A stretch of 64,000 nt of DNA from contig JAUFOQ010000016.1 in the NCBI GenBank assembly GCA_040285855.1, positions 310,001 to 374,000 on the forward strand. The letters are read 5' to 3'. The stretch is from Eukaryota sp. GEM-RC1 (Eukaryota). Under the pieces are notes generated by a model, which was not told the origin of the DNA, ran no database searches, and worked only from the letters and a program-made list of their open reading frames with translations. This document shows positions 1 to 12,899 of the stretch, piece after piece; the first letter of the stretch is position 1, and every line of letters begins with the position of its first letter. The position numbers were made by a program, and so were the translations under genes.

Positions 1-299
1 TGTATTAGAAAAAGTAAAATTTGCTTCACAACAACCACACCAATCTCTATCAAACATAACAACAGAGATCCTCTTAAGAGCAAGACGTCTCCTCATCTGT
101 ACTTTGTATCTCGACAACATCAATTTGTTTCACGCCGTAAAAGAAGAAATCAAGTCATCAAATTGTCACAAATTTCTGTACATGTTGTATTTTAAATGAA
201 AGAACTTTTTTAGATCTCTGTTAAAAATGCGGGCATGTGCATATCAAATGGAAAATTCTGACAAACACTTCAAGTCTCGAGTGTATTAATGATAGTTGT

Positions 300-1050
300 A
301 CTTCAGAAATTACATATGTGCAACAATGTAAAAATATCTTATTGTTATCTTATTGTTTTTCTGACATTCAACAATAAATATATTGTCTGGATTGATAACG
401 TATCTTATTTATTGGTTATCTTGAGTCAAAGAAATAAATATATCTTCAATAACGACAGTAACAAATCACTAAGAGCAAGAATTTGATCACATTCATCAAT
501 TGTAGCCTGATTGTATTGAGGTGTGCGATACTTTATTCAATTTTTCCAATAGAAGTTTGATCCCATAGATCAACATTGTACAACAAGAAAACTTGCTTTC
601 CTAACGCTTTTGAGTTCAGATTTGGTTTAGTGTTTCCTGAAGTCCTTCTGAGCTAGACTGAAAAGCATCCCATCTTCATTTCTAGTTGCAGGTATCCAAC
701 TTAAATCTATATGCTGTCGATTTTGATTAGTTCGTTGCTGTTTACGTTTGTTCAATCTTTTATTTAACCCAATGGTTCTCTGTTATCTTGGAGTTCAAAT
801 GCTTCAACACAATCCTACTTTATTGTAAATTGACATCAAGAAAAAATCAGGTTACAACAAGAAAAAGAAAGTTCTTGAATTATCTTATCTTATTGAAATA
901 TATCGTTTATTGTTGAGTTTTGAAGATAAATATATTGTTGAGAGAGATGTCCACAATAAGATAACAATAAATATATTTGTTGTTATTGTACAATATATTT
1001 ATTTATTTTACATTCCTGTACATATTATGTGCAACAATGGTCGGTTTCTT
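300..1050 (-). mobile_element. Degenerate hAT-like DNA transposon remnant
   Basis: Minus strand at ~650-700 reads IPATRNEDGMLFSLA, resembling the hAT C-terminal dimerisation motif (IPATSxxSERxFS); repeated TTATTGTT/AACAATAA subterminal-type motifs; boundaries uncertain. Confidence 0.35.
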
Positions 1051-1585
1051 GTGATCACAGAACTGGATGGTTGAAAATTTCAAATGTATGATATGATGTG
1101 AATTTGTCGTATACTAATCGATTAAAACCTGGTAAATAGAAACAATCAAATACAGGGTGTCCGTATCGATTGTTTCCAAAACAAGTGAGTGAAAAAACAT
1201 TGGGCAATAAGAGCTTATCAATGAACCATTTAAAGTTACAGAACAATAGTTCATAAACAATATATAAATCTACTGTACTCTCAAGAGACACAATACACGC
1301 AGTGAGAGTTTAAACCAATGAAGAAGACCAAAGAAAGAAGACGTCCATCATTGCTCTTCTGAGTTTTTACGAGTGCTCCTTTCAAATGAGTGATTGTTGT
1401 GATTGATGTGATCACTATTTGTGAATGTGATGTGTGATCACAAATCACAAAAAGGGGAAATATTAGTGTGAAGATCAACTATCGCATTAATAGAATTTAC
1501 TGAAATGTCGAGACTAAGAAAATCGTGTGTAAACTGGAGTATGACGAGATGAGTCAAAATTTAGCACATAAACCGCATTTTTTAA

Positions 1586-2287
1586 ATGTCACACGTCCCA
1601 CTCGTCCCCTCTTTCGATACACTTTTTGCCCTGTTAAACGAGCCTTCTCTATCTGATCAAACGCTTATCTTTGGAAAAGAAGTTCTACAAGTAAACAAGA
1701 ACATCCTAGCCTCCAACTCTCAGTTCTTTCGATCTCTTTGGTACTTGGAGTTTGCAGACAAGTATGAAAATCCTCTGAACTTCTCTCATCTTAAAGTGAG
1801 TGAATCCTCTTTTGTCTCCTTCATCAAGATCATGTATGGCTTCCAAGTTGATGTTACTCAGAACAACTCATATGACCTATTCTATTTGGCTCATTACTTC
1901 ATGGTGGAAAGGCTGGTCAACCAAGTGGAACAAATTTTGATTAAGAACTTCCATGACAAGACATGGGTCGAAGAGTTTGTGTCAAGAGCAGATGAAAATG
2001 AAGATTTGCGAGCTATTGAATTTGCCAAAGCAAACAAGCAGAAAACATTCAAACCATCGATACAGGCTCAGTGTCGGACCTCTCCATTGACTAAGGCACT
2101 ATTTTCTTACATCAAGGATCAACAACACAAAATTCACCAATTGGAATTGGAAATCAACCAAATTCAATCAAAATCTGTTACTGAAATACACACTTTGAAA
2201 TCTGCTGTGGATGGTCTTCGAAAAGAAAACACTAGATTAAAGAATGGACAGAAACATACCGAATCTGATTCTCTATCCCCAGTCTGA
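1586..2287 (+). CDS. BTB/POZ domain protein with C-terminal coiled coil
   Basis: LSDQTLIF..VNKNILASNSQFFRSLW..FIKIMYG..LAHYFMVERL fits the BTB pattern; nt ~1647-2024 nearly identical to ~18946-19320. Confidence 0.85.
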   Translation: MSHVPLVPSFDTLFALLNEPSLSDQTLIFGKEVLQVNKNILASNSQFFRSLWYLEFADKYENPLNFSHLKVSESSFVSFIKIMYGFQVDVTQNNSYDLFYLAHYFMVERLVNQVEQILIKNFHDKTWVEEFVSRADENEDLRAIEFAKANKQKTFKPSIQAQCRTSPLTKALFSYIKDQQHKIHQLELEINQIQSKSVTEIHTLKSAVDGLRKENTRLKNGQKHTESDSLSPV

Positions 2288-2452
2288 CAGATGCATTGTG
2301 TTTCAAAATAGAATCACTAGTATCATTTGATGTATATTTTCTAATGTTGCTATACAGTGTCTTCTCATTAGATGTGTATAAGGAATTTCAAATACTGATA
2401 TTCAAAGAATTCTAATTAGTTGTTGCAAATATACAATCTAGAATGTATTTCT

Positions 2453-2524
2453 AAAACAATTGCCCTAATCATCTCCAAAGCTTTACTAGCTGTGAGTTTC
2501 TCCTTTTATGAGGACAAAGCCGTT
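2453..2524 (+). mobile_element. Short 3' fragment of RLE-type non-LTR retrotransposon
   Basis: Matches the reverse complement of ~17155-17228 (KTxxLIISKALLAVSxFYEDKAV). Confidence 0.6.
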
Positions 2525-2698
2525 CCTACATTTATAAACAATACACATGTAGTTCATAGAAAAATGTGTTTTGTCCATTCGGAAAGATACGTCGCTAAAA
2601 CGCAATGGTTGAGGTAGAAGTGTTATAAGATTAATTACAATAAATTTACCAACAAAAAACAAAAAAATCTATACACAATCAAAAACTACCCGATATGT

Positions 2699-3448
2699 TC
2701 ACGACAACTGATATGTATGAGAAATCTGTTGTCTGGTTAATGGATTCTGCGACGATTGAGCTAACCAATCACTCAATGCGTCGTGATCAAACAAAAATAC
2801 GTGAAATCCAGACTCTCTCTGTTGAAGAACAGCAGTAATGTTAGGTCGAAGTCTCCCACGACTAGTCATATTCTCAAGAGTAATAGGATCCTGAGAGTTA
2901 TCTCTGATAGCATGCCGAATAGCAACAGCTATATCATCAGCAGCACATCTAGGAAGACCAGAAACAAAGTCAGCTCGGCATCCCAGAGTGACAAGTTCAG
3001 ATTGCTGTGTAGGAGTGACAGGTTCAACTGGGTATTCAACAGGAGCAGAAGGCTCTTGATCCACATCCATGGGTGGTGCGGTTGGTATTGAGTCGTCTTC
3101 TTGGTGTGCTTTGTTTATAACAGTGTTCATCATTGAACGTGCTTGGTTGACGTCATTGGTGATGAGAAAGAGCAAAGGTAGTAAACGTGCGATTCCAGTT
3201 GCGACATCACCACGTAGTATGGCTTCGAAAGCAGAGAAGAGTCTAGTTTCAAGAATAGTTTGTTGCCGACGAGTCATATTAGGTTGTTTCTCACGTATAA
3301 CACCAAGAGCTATTCGAGACAGGGAATAAACTATTCCCATTTTAGCGACACCACCGAGGACAGTACCTAAAAATGAAGAACGAGGTCGGTGACGAGAAGG
3401 GCGAGATCGAGATCGAGAGGAAATAGATCGAGAAGGTGCAGTACCCAT
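2699..3448 (-). CDS. U-box-like E3 ligase domain protein with possible N-myristoylation site
   Basis: C-terminal DPITLENM...FDHDALSDWLAQSSQNPLTRQQI fits the U-box pattern; N-terminus MGTAPS (MGxxxS) followed by an Arg/Ser-rich basic tract. Confidence 0.65.
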   Translation of the reverse strand: MGTAPSRSISSRSRSRPSRHRPRSSFLGTVLGGVAKMGIVYSLSRIALGVIREKQPNMTRRQQTILETRLFSAFEAILRGDVATGIARLLPLLFLITNDVNQARSMMNTVINKAHQEDDSIPTAPPMDVDQEPSAPVEYPVEPVTPTQQSELVTLGCRADFVSGLPRCAADDIAVAIRHAIRDNSQDPITLENMTSRGRLRPNITAVLQQRESGFHVFLFDHDALSDWLAQSSQNPLTRQQISHTYQLS

Positions 3449-3480
3449 TATGATGGAAAAACAGTGCTCTAAATCACAAT

Positions 3481-3820
3481 AAAAAAACGGGGTTTATAAT
3501 CAATCGGTGAAATAAATACATTTGCAGAAGTTAATAACTAACAGACACTAACTAAAGTGTCTAAACTCTGATCCTTCTGTCCATCACCGAACAACTTACC
3601 TAATATTGAATTAAAATATCTGTGCATTGAACGAAACAACGCAAACGTTAACCTACTCAACCAAAAATTGTCGAAGAAAACTTTACCATACTCAGAACAC
3701 AATTTACCAAAGGAAGTTAAAAAAACCTTGTGCAGCTAGTCCAATATTGCGATATATCGACATCGCAAATGGTTGAAACACAAAAGAATTGTACCTGTCA
3801 AAATTCAATTGGTTAATTAA
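3481..3820 (-). mobile_element. 5'-truncated RLE-type (CRE-like) non-LTR retrotransposon 3' end
   Basis: Reverse complement nearly identical to 28199-28431; encodes FVFQPFAMS..NIGLAA motif. Confidence 0.75.
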
Positions 3821-4840
3821 GTACAACAATAATCAAATCTACATTGTATAATCAAGATCAAGATCGAAAATTGTACAAATTTCTAATACTTACTATCGTA
3901 CCAGGCGGCTTACGTTAGTAATACGGACGGTTGAGTACTGCAGTATTTGCGTGTATTTTGTTTGAACTTACATGAACTTTTGATATTGTTTTTTATTGTA
4001 ATTGTAATTTTGTACCTGGAAACAATATGCAGAAATATGTTTGATAAAAATATCCGGTTTCGGTTTCAGTACATGAACCAGTTAATCAATACGTTGTGCT
4101 GAGCTTTAAAAATAAGCAAAACTGCATTAGTATTCATTGTACTGTACGCTAAGGTAGTCCAAAATTCAAAATTAAAGTAAAACAAATTGATCTACTCTAC
4201 TTCAGCTAAAAAGGTACTGTATGGTCAATAAAGTGTGACCTGTTCTCAATCCTCTTGTCACAACTGTCTCTCTTAAATTTTCATATTCAATTTCCGTTTT
4301 GCATTTAGGTATGAATTCACTTAACTCCGTGCAACAGATACCAGTATGTGAAGGGTCCAGTCTTATCCAAAACTGAAGAGAAAAAACTAATGATGTAAAG
4401 TAGATGAAGTGGTTTCTGTTCTTAAAGGATACAATCTCGAACTATCAGATGCGGATTGATGTATTGAAGGGACTTAAGTGACGTGACGTTTGAATAATGA
4501 ATCTCGGTTGAATATTTTTCTATAAGAAACACAATTTAATATCGTTTCTTGTGTTCGACTTTTATTGAGTTTTTTTAATACACGTACATGTGATACTGGT
4601 ATAAAAGAGTTATGTACTGTGCTCAGAAAACAAAATAAACAAGTTTGAGGTCTGTTTCTGTTCCTTTCGAAATTTTAAAATAAAATAAAATAAAGTAAAG
4701 TCACTTTAGTTGACCATTGGAGCCTGGTTACACCAAAGTCCTGAGATGGTATGACCAGTAGTAGGGATTGTTCATTTTCATGAGAATGATGGATCAAAAA
4801 CCACTTTCCCTGCACCAACTCACTTCTTTCCTTACTTTTG

Positions 4841-6152
4841 ATGGATCTTTCAAATGCAGTCGAAGTAATTAAAGGTACGCTCCACTAATGGCTTCTAATC
4901 TCATATCGATTATACTTCTTCGTTCAGAGACGAAAGACTTTATCTCTAGATCCTCTCATTCAAAAACACAAAGACACTACTCACTTCTTTACTACAGATC
5001 ATGTCCATGTTTATGAACCATTTGTATCTGATTTTGGGCCTCTACATCTTGGCCATGTTACAACATTCACTCGTAATATGTCCGCCATGTTATCGGTTTG
5101 AATCACATCTTTTCCTCATTTCAGTGTCCCGAATATGCCTCTAAAAAACTCTTCTATTGCACCTCATCTGATCATGGAAAAGGGAAAATGCCATCTTGCT
5201 ACTGTCTTCCTTCTGCCTACTAGCTCTCAGAAAATCCCCTGAAGAAGCATATCGTCCATTCCTCTCCATTCGCCCTCCACTTACTCCTTTTCGTGATGCT
5301 TCTGCTGGACTTTCCACATTCAACCTCACGATTCCCGATATTCTGAAATCCTTGAACAAAGCCATTAACACCGGTCTCTACGATTACAACACCTTCGATG
5401 TGGAGCACTACGAGTACTACTCTCGTGTTGAAAATGGAGATCTAAACTGGATTACCCCCAAGCTCCTAGCCTTTGCTGGTCCTGTGGATTCTCAGGAAGC
5501 TAACCTGGGCTATTCCACCCTAACCCCTTCTCATTACATCCCTTACTTCAAGAAGCACAACATTACTGATGTTGTTAGACTCAACAAGAAGTGCTACAAT
5601 GCCACCCAGTTCACTTCTAACGGAATCAATCACGTGACTCTTTACTTTGTGGATGGTGGACTTCCTCCTAGTGGCTATGTCCGACAGTTCCTCAACATTG
5701 TTGACAATGCCCCTGGAGTGGTAGCTGTTCACTGTAAGGCTGGTCTAGGTCGTACCGGGACTCTCATTGGATGTTGGCTTATGAAAGTGTGTTGTCTTTA
5801 TGATCATTAATCATAGGAATATTTCTTTACTGGAGTTGAAGTCATTGCTTATCTTCGACTAGCACGACCTGGTAGTGTTATTGGTCCTCAGCAGAACTTT
5901 TTAGTTGATATGGAGAAGAAGCTGCACAAGTATGGACGTCAACAATCTGCTGCTTCCAACTCACCACTAGCTCCTTCACCTGCTGCTACTTCCAACAATC
6001 TTGTTTCTCGTCAAGATGTGTCAGCCAAGAGTCCCCTCAGTAGGCTTTCTGTTGGAAGAGTTTCAGATCGATCGATCTTAGATACTCCACCAAGGCTTAA
6101 TGCTACAGGGGAACCGTCGACTATGAAGAAGCTGGAACGGCTTAAATTGTAG
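4841..6152 (+). CDS. CDC14: Cdc14 dual-specificity phosphatase; introns 4875-4904, 5096-5124, 5787-5816; one homopolymer frameshift at ~5180
   Basis: Spliced product MDLSNAVEVIKDRLYF..YEPFVSDFGPL..ENGDLNWITPK..HCKAGLGRTG..RPGSVIGPQQ. Confidence 0.93.
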
Positions 6153-6223
6153 AATAGAAATGTTTTTTTTTGAAAAATTGGAAAATACATGTAAAAATAC
6201 AAATTTATTGATCATTCTGCTGA

Positions 6224-7570
6224 TTAGTCCTCATAACTACCAATTAATGCAGCCACTTCGTCAGTTGTAACAAAAGGGCATGGTCTACCAATAGACTTTG
6301 AAATCATCATGTTCGCTTTGGCAGATTCCATATCATGAGTCATGTTGATGACCATTCCAACTCTACCTGCTCTCGAACACCTTCCAGACTTGAAAACCCA
6401 ACGGTGAAAGTCAACTTGCGGTTCTTCTCCTTCTACAGAAGGAAGAAAGGGGAGATCCATGTGGATTACAGCACAGACGTTGGTAAAATCAAGTCCACAA
6501 GCAGCGATATCTGTAGCTAAAATAACGTCATAAGCTCCAGTGTGTATGCCTCGAAATACTCTAGAACGGTAATGACTTTGATCAGCTGCAGTTAATGATC
6601 CAACTCTAATCTGATCCTTTCTAAGAGTGGCTGAGAGTCGACGATAGAGAGGGGAATTGAGACTTTGATCGGAGAAGACAAGTACTTGACCAAAAGGAAC
6701 AAGAAGATCAATAAGGGAAAGAGCGAGATCCATTCGATGATCTCTGTTTTTAGCATGCACTGCACAAGTGAAGAGTTGAGGTGGTAGAACAGACTTATCA
6801 TCACAGAGAGAAACCTTTGGTTTAGGAGCAAGAATTGAGGACTGTTTCCTTCCTTCAGCAGAGTAAACGATACTAAAGAGGAAAATGCGAAGAGATTCGG
6901 GAAGGCGATTCCTTAGTTGTTGTAGTGGACAGGGAAGTGTGGACGAAGTATCGGGAGATTCAAAGGTATGTAGTAGATGTTCAGCATCGTCGACTGCCAT
7001 AACAGAAAGAGAATCAAGACAGGTGTCTGCATCAATCATATTTGATAGAGGAATGGGGTGTCCTATGATAATTTGGGCTGAGAGATTCTCTGTGGAGGTT
7101 GGATTCTGTGATTGTTTAGCCACTTTGACAGTAAACGGTGGGTCACACTTGTCACTAATCTGAGTGAGGATATCAGACAGTTGAGTCATGATTTCACGGG
7201 AGGGAGCACAAATGATTGCTTGAAGATTGTCATTGGTTCTGTCAATGAGAGAAAGAACAGAGATGATGAGTGCTAGGGATTTACCAGAACCTGATGGAGC
7301 AGAGCCAATGTAGTGTCCATTGGAAGAGGAAATTTTAGAAAGGGCATCTACCTGTATAGGAAATGGCTTTTTGATGTTCAACGTAGACTCCACAGCGTCT
7401 ACAACATCAGAGGGTAGGTCAAGCTCACCGAAGGAGGATTCAGCATGAAGATAGGATTCTGGATTGGACTGAAGATTGTCCAGGTGCTGCAAATAAGTGT
7501 CAGGCTCAAGCTGTGTCTGAAAGAGCTCTGAATCAAAGGTGTCGAAATGGCTTTGGAAGGGGTGAACCAT
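6224..7570 (-). CDS. DEAD-box helicase-like protein (DDX19/Dbp5- or eIF4A-like) with degenerate catalytic motifs
   Basis: Q motif PFPIQ, motif I APSGSGKS, Ia APSRE; motif II is DDAE, III SIV, V AACGLD, VI FKSGRCSRAG. Confidence 0.8.
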   Translation of the reverse strand: MVHPFQSHFDTFDSELFQTQLEPDTYLQHLDNLQSNPESYLHAESSFGELDLPSDVVDAVESTLNIKKPFPIQVDALSKISSSNGHYIGSAPSGSGKSLALIISVLSLIDRTNDNLQAIICAPSREIMTQLSDILTQISDKCDPPFTVKVAKQSQNPTSTENLSAQIIIGHPIPLSNMIDADTCLDSLSVMAVDDAEHLLHTFESPDTSSTLPCPLQQLRNRLPESLRIFLFSIVYSAEGRKQSSILAPKPKVSLCDDKSVLPPQLFTCAVHAKNRDHRMDLALSLIDLLVPFGQVLVFSDQSLNSPLYRRLSATLRKDQIRVGSLTAADQSHYRSRVFRGIHTGAYDVILATDIAACGLDFTNVCAVIHMDLPFLPSVEGEEPQVDFHRWVFKSGRCSRAGRVGMVINMTHDMESAKANMMISKSIGRPCPFVTTDEVAALIGSYED

Positions 7571-7761
7571 TGAAGAAATTTTGGATTTTCAAAACCAAAA
7601 CGCTTTAAAACCAATATTCGATTAAACGCAGCATTACCATCAAGTCATGGTAGCTCTATCTTGTAAAATGAACAGCAAATATTATAACGAGATTTTTGGG
7701 AAATTTGGACTTTTCAGACTTCTTCTACCTCATTGGTCATCAAAGTTAGACTTGTCAACAG

Positions 7762-10700
7762 ATGAATCTTGAGAAAATACTGTCATACATCACCAACAAC
7801 AAAGCTGACACTTTCCGTATTGTCGAGCTTCTGAATTCTCTGCTTGATCATATCCAACTCCCGCTTTCCTCACGGTATCTCTCAAACATCATCAACAGTA
7901 TCCACCCTCTTCTATCACATACCAATGTATCACTACGTTTTGCTTCTGAAAAGGCCCTGTTGTCATTCATCCACTTCTTCCTCTTGCACAATTACGATCA
8001 AACACAACTCTCTGAACTTCTTACCATTATCTCGTCACTGCTACCCTCTGATTCCTGCAATCTTACTGTTCTCTCTGCTTATTCCCTCACCCTGTCATTC
8101 TCTTCTATTTCTGTTCGAGTATCTCAAGCCGCTTTCTTTTTCCCTTTGTTAGGTGGTCTAAGTAAACAGTTGGGTGGAGCACCGGGATTCTTTGGAGTTA
8201 TATTGTACCTGTTTTCTCTCTTTCAGCCTTATTTGTGTGATTATCTGGACCAAATTTCAGGTTTTATTCGAAAATTTGGTAGAAATACGTCTATATTTTT
8301 GTGGTTTTTACATAATTCACCCTTCGTGTATCACAATTTGTTACTAGAAATATTATTTTCTGATTTTAATTCAACTGAAGATCAGAATATTGTTCATTGT
8401 TTTAATCAAAATTTTGATCATTTTTTTAAAAAGTTGAGTTCCAATCCTGAGTTCTTGTCCTTTTTCCATCAATTTACACAGTTAACATCGGAGTTTTCTT
8501 TCTTTGGTCAAGTTCCTTCTGATGAATTATCACGTTTCCTTGAGGAAATGTTACAAACTTTCAAAAATTCAACAGATTCATCCGATATCTTTGTAAAACT
8601 GATTTTAATCGAAAGTTTTTCGATATTGTTTCATTTTGGATTAGTTTTCTTGATGAAGGTCATCTCAATCAGATTCTCGAAGAATCGCGTGATTCTCTGA
8701 CTTTTTCAATTCCCTCGCTTAAAATTCTAACTCAACAATCAGATTGCACCGTTGTTTTAGAGCAATCAAATCTGATTTTTGACCTTTTGGATGATGACTT
8801 TTTTGAACTTGATGATCTCTTGTTTTTTGTTTCTAATTCTGATCTTAAGAATAACACTGAATTTACTTCTAAACTAGCCCAATGTTGTTTTGATGGAATA
8901 TTCTCAAATTATTTAAATGCGTCAAAAGAACAAAGCTACTGTTACTTTTGTTGAATATATGTCTTACTAATGAATCGTGTTTCCACTATGTACAATTCTT
9001 GTTTTCAACTAATTCTGAGGAACTGTTTGCTGATGTTTTGATTTTAAAATGTTTAAACCTCAATATTTCAAAATTTGTCCCACAATGCTTCTGTCTTTCC
9101 TCTTTCCTGTCATTTCTAATACCATTGATTCCTTCGGTAAAGCTTCGAGCTGAAACTTTAGTTGAAGTCATGGATATTCTTTCCAAAATTTACAAAGAAT
9201 TTAATATTCCTGAATATTCGTCAATTTTGACTCCTGTTTCTTGTGAAATTGGTTACTTTTTGACCTTAATTTTTACAGAAAATCTACCTTATAATGTGAT
9301 CGAAAGGGGTCTGACTTTATTATTAAATTGTTTTGAATTTTTGAAGTTTTTCGAGGCCTATTGCAGTGATCTGATAAAGTCTGTGCTGCTTTTAGGTTCC
9401 AAATTTTCCCAAAAATTTGAATTTTGGTCTTCTAACAATCATCTCGTTCCCATCTTCCTGTCATGTGCTGTTAATTCTGTCTCGAACTATCACCTTCATG
9501 ATACAGATACCACCTGCTACCACCTTCATTTTCATCCAAGTCATCGAATAATTGACCTGGTGATTGCCTCTATTGACGTGTTTCTTTTCTATTTTGTACC
9601 ATCACCGTCATTACATCAGAGTTTATTCGATTTTTTTAAATTTGTTGACTTTCATGTCGCCTTCAGTTATCAAATTGTTCTGTTCCAAATACTTTTCCAC
9701 TCATTTATTTGCTTCGAATGGGATTTTTCAGTTAGACAAATCGTATTTTGCTTGTACGAATTACAGTTCTCTTCATTTTTTAAATTTGCTTCAGTTTTGG
9801 AATTTCCGACTTTCCAAATCAGATGTTGAGCCCGACTGTTTTGATGAAGTTTTACCTCTTTTTGAAAATCTGTTGAACTTTCCTCTTTCACATTTACGTT
9901 CAAATGTCATTGAAGAGTTGTTCCGCTTTATATCCCTTTTTCATGATAATTTTGAAAACAATTTAAATTTTCAGATTCTTAGGATGATCACATCTCATGA
10001 AGAAATTCAATTAAATTCAGAATTACTACATTTTCTTTCTACTGAGGGATCTTTTGATGTATTGCTTCAACTTACAAAACGGTGTTCTTACATACCAAAT
10101 ATTTTATCAATTTTTAAAAGTTTGGACCTCATCCACTATCCTTCTCTTTTTTTGTATTTTTCAAATCTTAATAGTGATCTTCGTGTTGATGGTGTTTCTA
10201 CGAGCTCAATCACGACAGTGATGGTAGAAACTGATAAACGAAACACGGAGTTTAACTTGGAATTAGCCAGCAATTTTAAAACAGTGAGCAGTATTTCTTT
10301 ACTGAATAATTCAAGTTTTTGTTGTTTTTTCACTTCGAAATCTAAAAGAACCATTTTGACTTCATTTGCCCAAGAGTTTCAATTTAGTGATGATTTTGAT
10401 TTCTTGTACCACACTCCTTACTTTCTGAATATTTTAAATTTCATGCCAATTCATAATCTCAACGATGAACTCATCAATCAAATCGTTCAAATCATTTTGA
10501 CCCCGTCCAATGATCACGTTCTCCGAATGAGTCTGTTGAAGTCTTTTGACCAACTAATAGTTTCTCTAATTGCTTCTAGAAACCAGCACAACTTGTCCAT
10601 CAATTCTCCTTTGAATTCTCCCAGTCTTTCTCAAGCAGGACGTACTTCATCTACAACAACTCTTTGTCAAGACTTGTTCACGATATCGGGTGGAGTATCG

Positions 10701-11849
10701 GCTTACAAAATTAGAAGTCAATTGCAGGTGGATGATATTCAAATATTGTTGAAAATTTTGGATGGTGCGGTTCATTTAGTGTCGAATGTATTTCTTTCAG
10801 GTTCGTCATTTGATATCATAGTTGCTGCTGTTGAACTTCTTTTAAATATTTGGAATTTCTTACCAACACCGACTCAAATTGGGTTTGTTTCGGGGCCTTT
10901 AACACAATTTTTCTTAAAGAATCCTGTTTCATCTCATTTTTTCAATTATTCTGAGCTATTTTCGGTTTTTCTTCGATTTCTATCTTTCATTCATATTACG
11001 TTCTTAGATAAGGTTCCACCACAAATTCAATCACTTTTCAACCAATTTTTAAAATTTTGCAGACCACCCTTTTCAATTCTACATTTACCTGCCATTTTCG
11101 ATGTTTTCAGTTCATTAATTTCGGCAAATCAAGCTGACATTATTAGAAATTCTACTGATTCCCTTACGAGTTGGAGTCTTTTCAATTTTTCACAATATTT
11201 CAATTTTGTAGCAAGTCCCTTTACAAAGTATGGATTTTCTTTGGTACATTCTCCTTTTTTTGTAAATGACTTTTACTTTGCTCGAAAATGCTGTTTGTTT
11301 CTCAGTTGTGTTTTGAATTCTTTAAATATCCCACACTGTCGTCAAATTTTCAATTTTTTCTTATCTTCAATTCCACAACAACCTAGTCCAACATCTATTG
11401 TTCTTTCTTCAATTCAAAGTGCATTGCTGTCACGCCAAATTCACATTGAGAATTTTGTTGAACAATCTTTAGGTTTTTTCAACAATACTAATGATAATGG
11501 TATTATTTCTATTCTACCTATTTTAGTTTCTCTCGGTTTTGTCGACATTGCTACTGCATCAACTGCGGTTTCCGATCTTTTAGTGGAAACTTTAAAATTT
11601 GATCAGTTTTTAATTGATTCTGTAGCTAACGTTCTTACTTTTCTTACTTCGAAAGATCAATACGTTGCTGTAACATCAATTCTTTTTTCTAAACTTTCAG
11701 CAATTAATGCTATTGTTTTACTGAAGCAATTATTGCACATGAATTCTGATATTGTTTTGGATATTCTTGAATTAGTTAAAGAGATTTTACTGCAAAAAGA
11801 AGATACAGGAGCTCTAGACTTCTTGAATCAGTTGGATTTCGTAAGTTAA
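7762..11849 (+). CDS. Large Leu/Phe/Ser-rich alpha-solenoid (HEAT/ARM-like) protein, split by probable indel errors
   Basis: Three consecutive same-strand ORFs (312, 293, 761 aa) with helical-repeat composition; family not recognised. Confidence 0.55.
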
Positions 11850-12408
11850 AATATGTTTAAATGTTTCTCATGTTTTCCATTCTTTATTTTTATCATGTAT
11901 TTATTTATTTCATGGCACCGATTTTTTGAACTTTTTGTTTCATTTGTTGATCTCATTTTAACTTTCTGTTAGCACCATCGTCATTGTCTTAATATTACTT
12001 TCACGTTTACCTCTACACCAATTTGTAAGTAAAAGTATCTGTTAAATATTTTTTCATGTACAAACGGGTATATTAAGCAAGTTTTTTATTTGTTTGGTTT
12101 TACAATAATCCTTAGATAACTGAATTTCAATGATTTTAATTTCAGTGATTGGAAACGACCAAAAAAATCAATATGGGGGACAAATATTGTTGACAAACTT
12201 TTTAAACAAATCTCTTCATGTGGAAGTTGACTTTCTGACAAACTTTCAAATAAATTTTCTTCGATTGAAAGGTGTATAAGGACAATTTCAGAGCTGATGT
12301 GAAGAATTTTATTTCTTTCATTTTTTATGTTTGTTTTTGTTAATCAGTTGGTGTTTAGATTAATTATCAGTTTGTGTCATAAATTAACGAAATACAAACT
12401 ACTAGTAC

Positions 12409-12645
12409 TTAAAAGATATTAAATAATCTACAACTGCTCTTGACCCACCACGATACAATTTGTTCAGTACTGATTGGAAACTTCAATACAAAGAAAAAAT
12501 AATGCGAAAGCGTCTGATTAAAATTTTTCCTATGATCACGGCACAATTTTGAAAAGGAATCAAAGAAATTTTCGGCAGTACTTCCAATATTACCAAGAAT
12601 TGATATAGCAAAAGGAATGACTATAAAAGAAGAATTCAAATTAAT
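12409..12645 (-). mobile_element. RLE-type non-LTR retrotransposon fragment
   Basis: FIVIPFAISILGNIGSTAENFF, the same C-terminal motif as the other copies. Confidence 0.7.
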
Positions 12646-12899
12646 TACAACAACAAGTTATGGGTACAACCATTTATCAAGCATTAAGAGTGTGAAGATG
12701 CATGAGTCTTTATGCAAGGAAAAATGAGAGCATGAGGAACCTCCCTCTAGTAACAACATGTAAATGTAGATGTGCTAGAAGCAGAACCAGTAAAAGAAGT
12801 TTTCCTTCCAAAATACAAATAAAAATAGAGTTTTTGATGGAGGGTATAATAATACATATTATAAAAAAAAGCTATGAAACACTAGACACCGAAAATTCC

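Noticed and set aside
1565..1585. AAACC(C)G..TTTTT as a core promoter motif (also near 18861 and 22693)
   Set aside because: Absent upstream of most other genes and similar to retroelement 3' ends; too few cases
7762..8300. Huntingtin-like N-terminus
   Set aside because: Only a vague HEAT-like resemblance; cannot be supported without a profile search
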